A stretch of DNA of 63,818 nt, the filler included, from Acidimicrobiia bacterium (GTDB taxonomy: Bacteria; Actinomycetota; Acidimicrobiia; Spongiisociales; JAHEDJ01), in the NCBI GenBank assembly GCA_029210695.1. It is 3 parts of 3 records of this genome, joined end to end, with 100 filler letters (N's around TTAATTAATTAA, not from the genome) between each part and the next. Parts side by side here need not be neighbours in the genome. Positions count along the whole stretch, not along the records: positions 28,122 to 55,288 come from JARGFH010000051.1; 2 more parts are not named here. One strand, written 5' to 3'. The first letter of the stretch is position 1. Each line of letters opens with the position of its first letter. The translations under genes were made by a program, and so were the position numbers. The notes below the pieces were generated by a model that worked only from the letters and a program-made list of their open reading frames with translations, had not been told where the DNA came from and did no database searches. Of this stretch, positions 29,705-38,056 are shown piece after piece.

Positions 29705-29857
29705 TGGCTCGACTCAACTCGTGAGTCCACTCTCGGGGACTGTCAAGTCTCGGTACCCGGGCGACCCGCTGGCTCCGGTAGCTCGGCGACCCGCACCGGG
29801 GGTTATGAAGCGGCGTTGATCCGGTCGGGTTTGCCCCCGGGGTTAGCGAAGGCTCAG

Positions 29858-29930
29858 TGGGCCCGGCGGGGATCGAACCCGCGACCTTCGGATTAAAAGT
29901 CCGCTGCTCTACCGATTGAGCTACAGGCCC
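29858..29930 (-). tRNA. tRNA-Lys (anticodon TTT), CCA not encoded
   Basis: GGGCCTGTAGCTCAATCGGTAGAGCAGCGGACTTTTAATCCGAAGGTCGCGGGTTCGATCCCCGCCGGGCCCA folds as a cloverleaf. Confidence 0.97.
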
Positions 29931-29964
29931 AACGAAACGGTACCAGGCGCCGACGCTGCCCTCG

Positions 29965-31152
29965 TCAGTCTGTGAGGTCGTCAAGCCCGATGGTGATGGC
30001 GGCGAAGCCTCGCATGGCGGTGGCGTCGTCCAGGTATTCGTGGTCGGGCAGCCCGTCGGTCAGGAACCACGGAACGCTGATGAGCGCCTTCCAGGGATCG
30101 GGATCGATTTCCGGCTCCGTCGGAACTCGAATGTGGGGAAGGCTCATCGGGCTCACCCCGTGGTAGTCATTCGGTACGAATCGGATCGGGTCGTTCCAGT
30201 TCGTTGCCACATAGAGGTGATCGCCATCTACCCCGAGGTCGTCCAATGATTCGGTCCCGGTGCCGGCGGCGCCGACCATGATGAGATCGTCAAAGGCCCC
30301 ACTGCGCGCCGAGGTCGCACCAAGGACGGTGGCGCCGTAGGAGTGGCCCCATCCGACGACATGGCGGTTCTCGAGCGGCAAACCCTCGAGAACCTCTGCC
30401 GTCTCGCCAGATCCGTCCCGCCAGAAGTGGCCCAGCGGCGCGTCCAGGAACGTCTGAGGGGGCGCGTATGACAGCAGCGGAACCACGGCCACCTCACCTA
30501 GATCGTGATGTACGGCGAGATCGGCTGCCATGCGCTGTAGTGCCCCCGCGTCGGGCACGTCGACTGCGAGCCAACCCGCCGTCGACGTGTTCATACCAGG
30601 GATCATGATGAGCACGTGCTCTGCCTCCGCAGGTCCAATCCACACTCCCGCCCGGTAACCGGCCCGGCTCGACCGGGTTCCGATCGGTGTTGAAGAATCG
30701 ACGGCGAAGTAGACGAGGCTGGTGTCGACCAGGCGGGCAAGGGTGTCGTAGTCCTGCCGGAGACCATCGAGGAGCGGACTGGACCGGAGGCCGAGCGCGG
30801 CCAGTCGGTTGAGTTGGGCCACGACGGCCCACAGTTCGGTCCAGGCTCTCGCCCGATTCGCCTTGATCAGGACCTCCAGCACACCGGCCGCAGTCGGGGC
30901 TGAACCCCCGGGCCGGGCCACGCTGGCAACCGGGGCCACCAACTGCGGTCGGGGTTCGGCGGCGGCCGCCTTCGCCAGCATGGAGACGGCCGACTCTCGC
31001 GCCTGCCCGGCGACGCCGGCGATCGTCTGCGCCGCACCGGTATCGAGCGAGATCAAGTTGGTGGCGATCGTGTTCGCTTCGGAGGCGAATCCGTTGATGA
31101 GCCGGGCAAGCCAGCGGATGGAATCGAGGTCAATCAGTCGGTAGTCGGTCAT
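29965..31152 (-). CDS. Alpha/beta hydrolase (DUF1023/Abhydrolase_8-like) with helical N-terminal extension
   Basis: HVLIMIPGMNT, SYAPP, nucleophile GHSYG, NDPI and DHEY. Confidence 0.8.
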   Translation of the reverse strand: MTDYRLIDLDSIRWLARLINGFASEANTIATNLISLDTGAAQTIAGVAGQARESAVSMLAKAAAAEPRPQLVAPVASVARPGGSAPTAAGVLEVLIKANRARAWTELWAVVAQLNRLAALGLRSSPLLDGLRQDYDTLARLVDTSLVYFAVDSSTPIGTRSSRAGYRAGVWIGPAEAEHVLIMIPGMNTSTAGWLAVDVPDAGALQRMAADLAVHHDLGEVAVVPLLSYAPPQTFLDAPLGHFWRDGSGETAEVLEGLPLENRHVVGWGHSYGATVLGATSARSGAFDDLIMVGAAGTGTESLDDLGVDGDHLYVATNWNDPIRFVPNDYHGVSPMSLPHIRVPTEPEIDPDPWKALISVPWFLTDGLPDHEYLDDATAMRGFAAITIGLDDLTD

Positions 31153-31288
31153 CTTTCTCGATCGAGCACTCGGCATCCCAACCGCGGCTGCCGGGTGAAC
31201 GCCGCGGATGGAACGGCCTCCTCTGCGGGTCTTCCGATATTGATATATAGCGCAAACTATCACAACGGAGCGCGGAAGCTAGAGTGTC

Positions 31289-33106
31289 GTGATGATCAGA
31301 TTCGGTGTATCCGGCCTGCCCCCGGAGGGCGTCGAGGACGATGCATTTCTCGACGGCCTGGTCGCCGATGGTCGTCGAGCGTACGAACTCGCCTTCGTCA
31401 AGGAATTCCCCTGGAACGAGCGGCGGTGCGAGGAGTTCGGCGGAGCCGCCGCCGAGCGCGACATCTGGCTTTCGGTGCATGCCCCCTACTTCGCCATCCT
31501 CACCGTGGAGGACGAGGAGAAGTCCAAGCAGTGTCTGGCAGCCCTCGAACACACGATGAAGCTGGGGCGCGCACTCGGCAGCCGGATCATCTGTGCCCAT
31601 TTCGGGCCAATCGGGGAACGATCTCCTCAGGAGCTGATGGATGTCATTCGCCAGAGGCTTGCATCGATTTCACCCAAGGTTGCTCACCTCGGGGTTGGCC
31701 TCGGCTTGGAGACGGCGGGCAACGATCGGACCTTCGGCTCCATCGGCGACATTGCCACGCTGGCCGCCGAGTTCCCGTTCGTTCGTCCGATCATCGACTG
31801 GGCTCATGTGCACGCGATGACGGGCGGTGGGCTGACCTCGAAGGACGCTTACGCAACGGTGATCGCCTTCATCCGCGACTCGTTCCCGGCCTGGATGATC
31901 GAACCCCTTCAATGTCAGTTCACCGACAACCTGGTCGGCGGGCACGGTGAAGTCAAGCACGTGCCGTACGGTGAGGGGACGCTGCGAGTAGGCCCCCTGG
32001 TCGAGGCGGCCACCGAGGCAGGGTTGCGAATGGTGATGATCTCGGAGGCTCGCGAGGAGGCGTCTCATCGGGCCATTCAGGAAGAAGTAAGCGCCGCCTT
32101 GCCGTCACCGAAAGCGCCGGGTGGTTCGGATCGGTCGCTCGGCTCCGGTCGCGTGACGATGCCCGGGCTCATCGAAGTGGCCGCTGAGAAGGGGGGCTTT
32201 CGCCCGGGCGGGCTCGATCGAGCCCTCCGTCTCTCCAACATCGACAAACCGTTCTTTCCAGACGGCTTCACCAAGGGTGATCTCATCCAGTACTACGCCT
32301 CGATCGCTCCCGTGCTGTTGCCCCACCTGGCCGGCCGGGCGATCGTGATGGCTCGTTTCCCGGACGGCAGCGACGGCGACTTCTTCTACGAAAAGCAGGC
32401 GCCCGGCCATCAGCCGGATTGGATGCCGCTCGCCTCGATTCATTCGCAGCATCGAGGAGAGCCGATCGAGTTCGTCACGGCGTCCGACCGGGAGGCCCTC
32501 ATGTGGCTCGCCAACATGGGCTGCATCGAAATCCATCCCTGGCTGAGCCGGGTGGACAACCTGGACAACCCGGACTTTGCCGTGTTCGATCTCGACCCGG
32601 CCGACGGGGCAACCTGGCAGCAGGTGGTCGACGTAGCCGGAGTGGTCAAGCTGGCGCTCGAACGCTTGGGCCTGCGGTCCTACCCGAAGACCTCGGGTGC
32701 GACCGGCCTTCACATCTACGTGCCGCTCGAACCGCTGCACGACTACAGCAGAGTTCGCGCCTTCGTGGAGCGGGTGGGTCGTCTGCTGGTGGCCGCCGAT
32801 CCGGACGGTATCACCATGGAGTGGGACATCCCGAAACGGGCCGGCAAAGTCTTCATCGACCACAACCAGAACGTCGGCGGCAAGACCATCGCATCGGTGT
32901 ACTCGGTTCGACCCCGTCCCGGCGCCCCTGTTTCGACGCCACTCGTATGGAACGAAGTGGGCCGGGTGGAGCCGGACGACTTCACAATCGCCAACGTGTG
33001 GGATCGCCTCCAACGGTTCGGCGACTTGTTTGCTCCCGTCCTGAAAGGCGGCCAGACCCTCGACGCTGCAGAGGCTGCGCTGGGTATCGAGCCAGCCAAG
33101 AAGTAG
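31289..33106 (+). CDS. ligD: Fusion of an endonuclease IV-like TIM barrel and a LigD-type primase-polymerase (AEP) domain
   Basis: N-half: SVHAPY, CAHFG, GLETAG, IDWAHVHA, GEVKHVP, ISE. C-half: LSNIDK, TKGDLIQYY, RFPDG, FDLDP, KTSGATGLH, FIDHNQN, YSVRPRPGAPVSTP. No ligase domain. Confidence 0.9.
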   Translation: MMIRFGVSGLPPEGVEDDAFLDGLVADGRRAYELAFVKEFPWNERRCEEFGGAAAERDIWLSVHAPYFAILTVEDEEKSKQCLAALEHTMKLGRALGSRIICAHFGPIGERSPQELMDVIRQRLASISPKVAHLGVGLGLETAGNDRTFGSIGDIATLAAEFPFVRPIIDWAHVHAMTGGGLTSKDAYATVIAFIRDSFPAWMIEPLQCQFTDNLVGGHGEVKHVPYGEGTLRVGPLVEAATEAGLRMVMISEAREEASHRAIQEEVSAALPSPKAPGGSDRSLGSGRVTMPGLIEVAAEKGGFRPGGLDRALRLSNIDKPFFPDGFTKGDLIQYYASIAPVLLPHLAGRAIVMARFPDGSDGDFFYEKQAPGHQPDWMPLASIHSQHRGEPIEFVTASDREALMWLANMGCIEIHPWLSRVDNLDNPDFAVFDLDPADGATWQQVVDVAGVVKLALERLGLRSYPKTSGATGLHIYVPLEPLHDYSRVRAFVERVGRLLVAADPDGITMEWDIPKRAGKVFIDHNQNVGGKTIASVYSVRPRPGAPVSTPLVWNEVGRVEPDDFTIANVWDRLQRFGDLFAPVLKGGQTLDAAEAALGIEPAKK

Positions 33107-33299
33107 CCCGGCGGAGGGACCCGGTCGCAACGCCTGCCATTGCCTAATGCCTATTGCCAAATGCCGGTGCATGACGACCTACACCTACTCGCAGGGGCAA
33201 CGCTCTCCGCGTTCTTATCACGCCTTTTACTCCGCCGGGAGGCGCCCTTAGGCATCTATACGAGACAGTGGTCTCAGAAACGGACTCCCAGGAGGATGT

Positions 33300-34115
33300 A
33301 TGAACCGCCGTCTCGCTGCATTTTCGATACTCGCCGCCCTTGCCCTCGGGTTTCTGCTCGTGCGTACGGACACAGCCGATGCCTTCAACGACCCTTACAT
33401 GATTGACTTCAAGGCGAATTTCGGAATCGCCAACGGAAGCAAGCTCGATTCCTGTTTGGTCTGTCACAACAGCACGACCGGCGGCAACCGGAATGCCTAT
33501 GGTTTGGCCTTCGTAAGTGCAGGCCGCAGCTTCACCGCGGCGCTCGCTGCCGCCGATTCGGATGGTGACGGCGCCTCGAACGGAGACGAGATCGCCGCCG
33601 GGTTCTTCCCCGGGGACCCTTCGGATACGCCGCCTCCGACGACGCCTCCGACGACGCCTCCGACGACGCCTCCGACGACGCCTCCGACGACGCCTCCGAC
33701 GACGCCTCCGACGGCCCCGTCACTGACTGCTCCGGACGCACCCGTCGACTTCCCGATGGATTACCGGGTGGGTGACGCCGGCACTGTGACGATCGACCTG
33801 GTCGACGGGAAGCTCGTTGCGACGGTGGTGGCAAACGATGGCTGGACCTACGACGTCGAGTCCAAGGGTGACGAGGTGGAAGTCGAGTTCCGCAACGGCA
33901 AGACCGAGATCGAGTTCGAGGCCGAGTTCGAAGACGGCGAGTTGCAGGTCAGGATCGAGAGCGAGAGCGATGACGACGACGATGCCGACCATCGCGACGG
34001 AGACCACGACGACGATGACGACGACGATCATGGTGGTGACCACAAGAAGGGTGACGGCGACCACGGTGACGACGATCACGGTGACGACGACCATGGCGAT
34101 GATGGTGACGACTGA
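33300..34115 (+). CDS. Secreted monoheme c-type (CXXCH) protein with temptin-like/Ca-binding motif, PT linker and His/Asp-rich tail
   Basis: AGGAGG RBS, signal peptide ending ADA, CLVCH, GGNRNAYG, DSDGDGASNGDEI..PGDP, (PPTT)n and (GDDDH)n. Confidence 0.8.
   Translation: MNRRLAAFSILAALALGFLLVRTDTADAFNDPYMIDFKANFGIANGSKLDSCLVCHNSTTGGNRNAYGLAFVSAGRSFTAALAAADSDGDGASNGDEIAAGFFPGDPSDTPPPTTPPTTPPTTPPTTPPTTPPTTPPTAPSLTAPDAPVDFPMDYRVGDAGTVTIDLVDGKLVATVVANDGWTYDVESKGDEVEVEFRNGKTEIEFEAEFEDGELQVRIESESDDDDDADHRDGDHDDDDDDDHGGDHKKGDGDHGDDDHGDDDHGDDGDD
33631..33713 (+). repeat. 12-nt tandem repeat CGCCTCCGACGA, about 7 copies (PPTT linker)
   Basis: Six perfect units plus one 11/12 unit. Confidence 0.95.
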
Positions 34116-34135
34116 GCCCTGCTGACTCTCACGCA

Positions 34136-34161
34136 GGAAAGGGGCCGAGGGGCCCCTTTCC
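34136..34161 (+). terminator. Terminator-like hairpin after the heme protein gene
   Basis: GGAAAGGGGCC-GAGG-GGCCCCTTTCC. Confidence 0.75.
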
Positions 34162-34297
34162 CGTTGTGTCGATCGCCTCGTCATCCGGGCGCCCGCCCAG
34201 CGGTTCACGATCACGGTAACCATTAGGGGCTTTCGGCCGTCGAATCGGGCGTGCTTTGGGCGACATCGCAACAAGCAACGTCGGTATCGTGCAATCT

Positions 34298-34354
34298 CGA
34301 TGGGTACTACTACCTGTATCGGCTGAAGACGTCGCCCTCTGGGCGGCGTTTTTT
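34298..34354 (+). promoter_or_regulatory. Candidate attenuator/riboswitch leader of the nucleobase permease
   Basis: 5' hairpin CGAT-GGGTA-ctac-TACCT-gt-ATCG, then GACGTCGCCC-TCT-GGGCGGCGTT-TTTT terminator just before the RBS. Confidence 0.6.
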
Positions 34355-34372
34355 ATCGGGAGGTGAGGAGAA

Positions 34373-35647
34373 ATGGTGGAGTTGACTCCACAGAAGAAGA
34401 CCGTGCTGGGTCTTCAGCATATGGTCGCCATGTTCGGCGCAACGATCCTGGTCCCGTTGATCACGGGTTTGAATCCGAGCGTGGCGCTGATCTCGGCCGG
34501 TGTCGGGACGCTGCTATTCCACGTAGTGACGGGATTCGGCGTGCCCGTGTTCCTGGGTTCGTCGTTTGCGTTCATCCCGCCGATTCTGTTGGCGCAGTCG
34601 AAGGGGTATAGCTTCGCCAGCATCGGCGGCGGCATCATGGCAGCCGGTTTCGTCTATCTGATCGTGGCCGGGATCGTCTGGGTGCTTCCGAATGGGAGTC
34701 AGCAGATCCGGGCGCTGTTCCCGCCGGTTGTCACCGGTCCGGTCATCACGGTCATCGGAATCACGCTGGCCCCGATTGCCTTGGGTCAGGCGAGCGGAAT
34801 GGCCGGCACCGACAGGGTGATGGATCAGGGCATGGCCTGGCTGATCGCGCTGATCACGCTGGCGGCCGTGATCGTGGCGGCGATCTACTTCAAGGGCCTC
34901 TTCAAGATGCTGCCGATCTTGACCGGCCTCGTAGTCGGATATGTCGCAGCGTTGATCTTGGGAGAGGTCAGCTTCGATGCCATGAGTGACGTGGACTGGT
35001 TGGCCTGGCCGAGCTTCACCCTTGGGTCGTTCGACTTCAGCGTTGTATGGATCATTGCTCCGGTGGCGTTCGTGACGATGATCGAACACGTCGGCGACAT
35101 TCTCACCAACGGCCGGGTTGTCGGGAAGGACTTCTTCGACGACCCCGGTGTCAACCGGACTCTGATGGGCGACGGCCTAGCAACCCTGTTCGCAGGCCTT
35201 GTCGGCGGTCCTCCGAATACGACCTATTCGGAGAACACCGGCGTGCTGGCAGTCACCAAGGTGTACGACCCGGTGATTCTTCGTATTGCCGCCGGATTCG
35301 CCATCCTGCTCGGATTCATCCCCAAGTTCGGAACACTCTTGCAGACGGTCCCCGTCCCGGTGCTCGGTGGACTCTCCATTGTGCTGTTCGGCATGATCGC
35401 CTCGATCGGCATGCGGGTGCTCTCCGACGCACGCGTTGACTTCACCCATAGCCGCAACCTGGTCGTGGTTGCGTTGATCCTGGTGTTTGGTCTGGGCTAC
35501 AGCGGTCTCGAGTCACCGCTGGCGGTCGGTGATGTCTCTATCTCCGGTCTGGCATTAGCCGCCATTATTGGAGTAGTCGCCAACCTGATCCTGCCGAAGG
35601 AATTCGACGAACCTGCCGAGCAGTTCGAGAGAAGCTCGAGCAACTGA
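34373..35647 (+). CDS. uraA: NCS2 family uracil/xanthine permease
   Basis: LGLQHMVAMFGATILVP, FLGSSFAF, PPVVTGP, IEHVGD and NCS2 signature NTTYSENTGVLAVTKV. Confidence 0.92.
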   Translation: MVELTPQKKTVLGLQHMVAMFGATILVPLITGLNPSVALISAGVGTLLFHVVTGFGVPVFLGSSFAFIPPILLAQSKGYSFASIGGGIMAAGFVYLIVAGIVWVLPNGSQQIRALFPPVVTGPVITVIGITLAPIALGQASGMAGTDRVMDQGMAWLIALITLAAVIVAAIYFKGLFKMLPILTGLVVGYVAALILGEVSFDAMSDVDWLAWPSFTLGSFDFSVVWIIAPVAFVTMIEHVGDILTNGRVVGKDFFDDPGVNRTLMGDGLATLFAGLVGGPPNTTYSENTGVLAVTKVYDPVILRIAAGFAILLGFIPKFGTLLQTVPVPVLGGLSIVLFGMIASIGMRVLSDARVDFTHSRNLVVVALILVFGLGYSGLESPLAVGDVSISGLALAAIIGVVANLILPKEFDEPAEQFERSSSN

Positions 35648-35664
35648 AGTAACCGATCACTACC

Positions 35665-35696
35665 GAGAAGCGGCGGCCTCCGGGCCGCCGCTTCTC
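35665..35696. terminator. Terminator-like hairpin after the permease
   Basis: GAGAAGCGGCGGCC-TCCG-GGCCGCCGCTTCTC. Confidence 0.8.
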
Positions 35697-35721
35697 TGCG
35701 CCGCAGACCAATCACCCCTTC

Positions 35722-35771
35722 GTTCTGGCGTTAGAAAGCGCGCAGTTTTGACCGGTCTCAAACGCCAGAAG
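35722..35771. repeat. 50-nt palindromic element, divergent-stem variant
   Basis: GTTCTGGCGTT...AACGCCAGAAG between convergent genes. Confidence 0.7.
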
Positions 35772-35792
35772 GAGGAATTGGGGGGATTGTGG

Positions 35793-36779
35793 CTACTCGG
35801 CATCTGTGGCAGTCATCGCCCACGCCAATCCGTGCTCGGGGTCCTCTGCCGCCAGTCGGAGTACCCAACCCGTTGAAGGGGCCAGGTCGTCCCAGAAATA
35901 CCACCGGAGGCTGGCCGCCGTCTCACCGAGTTGGTTCGAATCGGGCGGCCAAGGATCCAGCAGGTCGGTCAGGGCGGCGATCGCCCACCAGGCGGCGAAC
36001 CGCCCTGCAGCAGCTCCAGGCCGTTTTCCATGAGCCCCGCCCGAGGCAGCAGCCCAGGCCATCCATGCCATCGCTCCCGACAGATCGGTTTCGCCGATCC
36101 GGATCTTGCGGGGTCCTAGGGCGGCGATAGCCTGTTGCGCCGTACCCTCCACTACGACTGCCTCGCTGCGCCCGTTCGATTGGGAAACCCAGGTCTCGGT
36201 CAGGGCCAGCAGTGCGTCGGTTTCGTCGGGATGATCGACCACGGCGCCGGGTGGCGGCAGTTTGACACTCACCAGATCCGGTGAGTCCGGCGTCGGATGG
36301 TTGGCCCGGTCCGGCCGGTAGGCGGCGGTGGCATACCGCGGTTCCCAATCCGCCAGCTTCAGCGGCAAGTCGACGAGGTACAAGTCGATGCCGTCGACGC
36401 CGGCGAGGTCCTCGCCCTGGACGACCCGTTCGTGCGCCGTCAGGGTGCGGGCCTTGCCCGGCGGCAGATGCGGGTCGAGTTCCGCCCACCGATGTGAAGA
36501 GGCGGCCACCTCGGTCAGCGGACCCAGGGTGAATCCACCTCCACCAGTGGCGGCGACTGCCGCCGCGTACTCAGGGGAAGCTTCCAGCGCGAGCCGGTAG
36601 TCCGCGTGATAGGCCACTCCCCACAACTGCTTGCCGACTTCGACGGCCTGGCGGCACCGGACGGCGAGTTCGACCAGGTCGTCCCAGGCCCGAGCCGAGC
36701 ACATCCCGTCGACGATGCGCATCAATCTCGCCGGATCGTTCGCGTCGATTGCATCGGCGACATCGTGTCGAGCGATCAC
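35793..36779 (-). CDS. Conserved hypothetical protein
   Basis: GTG start overlaps the sulfurtransferase stop (GTGA); motifs SNGRSEAV and AWAAASGGAHG. Confidence 0.7.
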   Translation of the reverse strand: MIARHDVADAIDANDPARLMRIVDGMCSARAWDDLVELAVRCRQAVEVGKQLWGVAYHADYRLALEASPEYAAAVAATGGGGFTLGPLTEVAASSHRWAELDPHLPPGKARTLTAHERVVQGEDLAGVDGIDLYLVDLPLKLADWEPRYATAAYRPDRANHPTPDSPDLVSVKLPPPGAVVDHPDETDALLALTETWVSQSNGRSEAVVVEGTAQQAIAALGPRKIRIGETDLSGAMAWMAWAAASGGAHGKRPGAAAGRFAAWWAIAALTDLLDPWPPDSNQLGETAASLRWYFWDDLAPSTGWVLRLAAEDPEHGLAWAMTATDAE

Positions 36780-37630
36780 GTGGTGGGAGCCGCTCCGGGC
36801 TCCGGTCCGGTCGCCACCGGGTACTGCTCGGTTGACCAGTCGCTCCACGAACCTGGATACAGCAATGGTTCCGGCAGCCCGGCCAGGTGCATCGCCAACA
36901 CGTTGTGACATGAGGTGACACCGCTGCCGCAGTAGGTCACAGTGCGAACACCGTCGTCCACCCCCAATGCGGCGAAGCGGGCGCGTAGCTCGGCGGGGCT
37001 CTTGAAATGACCGTCCGTCGTCACGTTTCCGCCGTGAAAGGCGGATACTGCGGTCGGGATGTGCCCGGCGATCGGGTCGACCGGTTCGGTGAGCCCCTCG
37101 AACCGCTCAGGAGCCCGGGCGTCGAGGATGAGCATGTTGCCGAGTGACGCACGCAAATCATCCCGATCGATGGACCCACCTGGTTGGAGTCGCCCGACAT
37201 AGTGTGCGGGCGAAGGTTCGGTCACCTGATTCTCGACCGGCATCCCGGCACTCGTCCACGCCGTCCAGCCGCCATCGAGTACGGACATTGCGTCGTGGCC
37301 GAGCCGTCGCAACATCCACCACAAGCGAGCCGCGATCGAGCCGTCTGCGGCGTCGTACACGATGACATGGTGTTGGTTGCCTATACCCCTGGCGCCGAGC
37401 AGGGTTGCGAAGTCGGCCCAGCGGGGCAGCGGGTGCCGTCCCGGCCCCGTCCCCGGTGTGCTGAGGTCCTCCTCGACGTCGAGGAAGATGGCACCTGGAA
37501 TATGCGAGATCTGGTACTCACGTCTTCCTTGCTCAACATCGGCCAGGTACCAGCGGGTATCGACGACGCGGACGTCAGCAGACTCCAGGCGGGCGGCAAG
37601 TTGGTCGACGTTGATCAGGGGCACAAACAA
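36776..37630 (-). CDS. sseA: Two-domain rhodanese / 3-mercaptopyruvate sulfurtransferase
   Basis: HIPGA, GRHPLP, AARLWWML, active-site CGSGVTSC and LYPGSWSDW. Confidence 0.92.
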   Translation of the reverse strand: MFVPLINVDQLAARLESADVRVVDTRWYLADVEQGRREYQISHIPGAIFLDVEEDLSTPGTGPGRHPLPRWADFATLLGARGIGNQHHVIVYDAADGSIAARLWWMLRRLGHDAMSVLDGGWTAWTSAGMPVENQVTEPSPAHYVGRLQPGGSIDRDDLRASLGNMLILDARAPERFEGLTEPVDPIAGHIPTAVSAFHGGNVTTDGHFKSPAELRARFAALGVDDGVRTVTYCGSGVTSCHNVLAMHLAGLPEPLLYPGSWSDWSTEQYPVATGPEPGAAPTT

Positions 37631-37650
37631 CTCCAGGTTCGCGGTCTCTT

Positions 37651-38031
37651 CTATTCGGTGGTCGGCGGCTCGGTCGGTTCGGCCGGCGCCGCATCGGTTC
37701 TCGAGGGTGGCTCGCCGGTCCCGCCCTTAGCGCGCCACTTCGAGATCTGATCTCCGAGGTCTGAGAAGGAGGCGCCCAGCGCATCGACGAACGATTTGGC
37801 GGTCTGCTTCGCCTCGCTCTGAACCTCGGGATCCGCGACGGCGTCGCCGATCGTCGCAAAGGCAGTCTTGATGCTCTCACCGAGTGTTTGGACCGCGTCT
37901 TTGACATCCTCCTCTGAGACGGCTTCAGCGCCTTCGCCGGCAGCCTGTGACTCGTAATGCTGCTTGAACATCGAGCCGATCTTCTTGAAACCCTCTCCGA
38001 CCTCGCTCCAGGTTTCGTCCGACTTACTCAT
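37651..38031 (-). CDS. Hypothetical helical protein
   Basis: 126-aa ORF preceded by AGGAGGG RBS. Confidence 0.7.
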   Translation of the reverse strand: MSKSDETWSEVGEGFKKIGSMFKQHYESQAAGEGAEAVSEEDVKDAVQTLGESIKTAFATIGDAVADPEVQSEAKQTAKSFVDALGASFSDLGDQISKWRAKGGTGEPPSRTDAAPAEPTEPPTTE

Positions 38032-38056
38032 GGTGTTCCCTCCTAGGATCGATGGG

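Noticed and set aside
27946..29857. One composite element spanning the first gap
   Set aside because: The two sides are different contigs, so adjacency is unsupported.
31289..33106. Canonical NHEJ Ku-LigD locus
   Set aside because: No ligase or phosphoesterase domain and no ku gene in the window.
34298..34354. Fluoride or purine riboswitch, or PyrR site
   Set aside because: Only superficial similarity (GATGG...GCTGA); consensus elements and folds are not matched.
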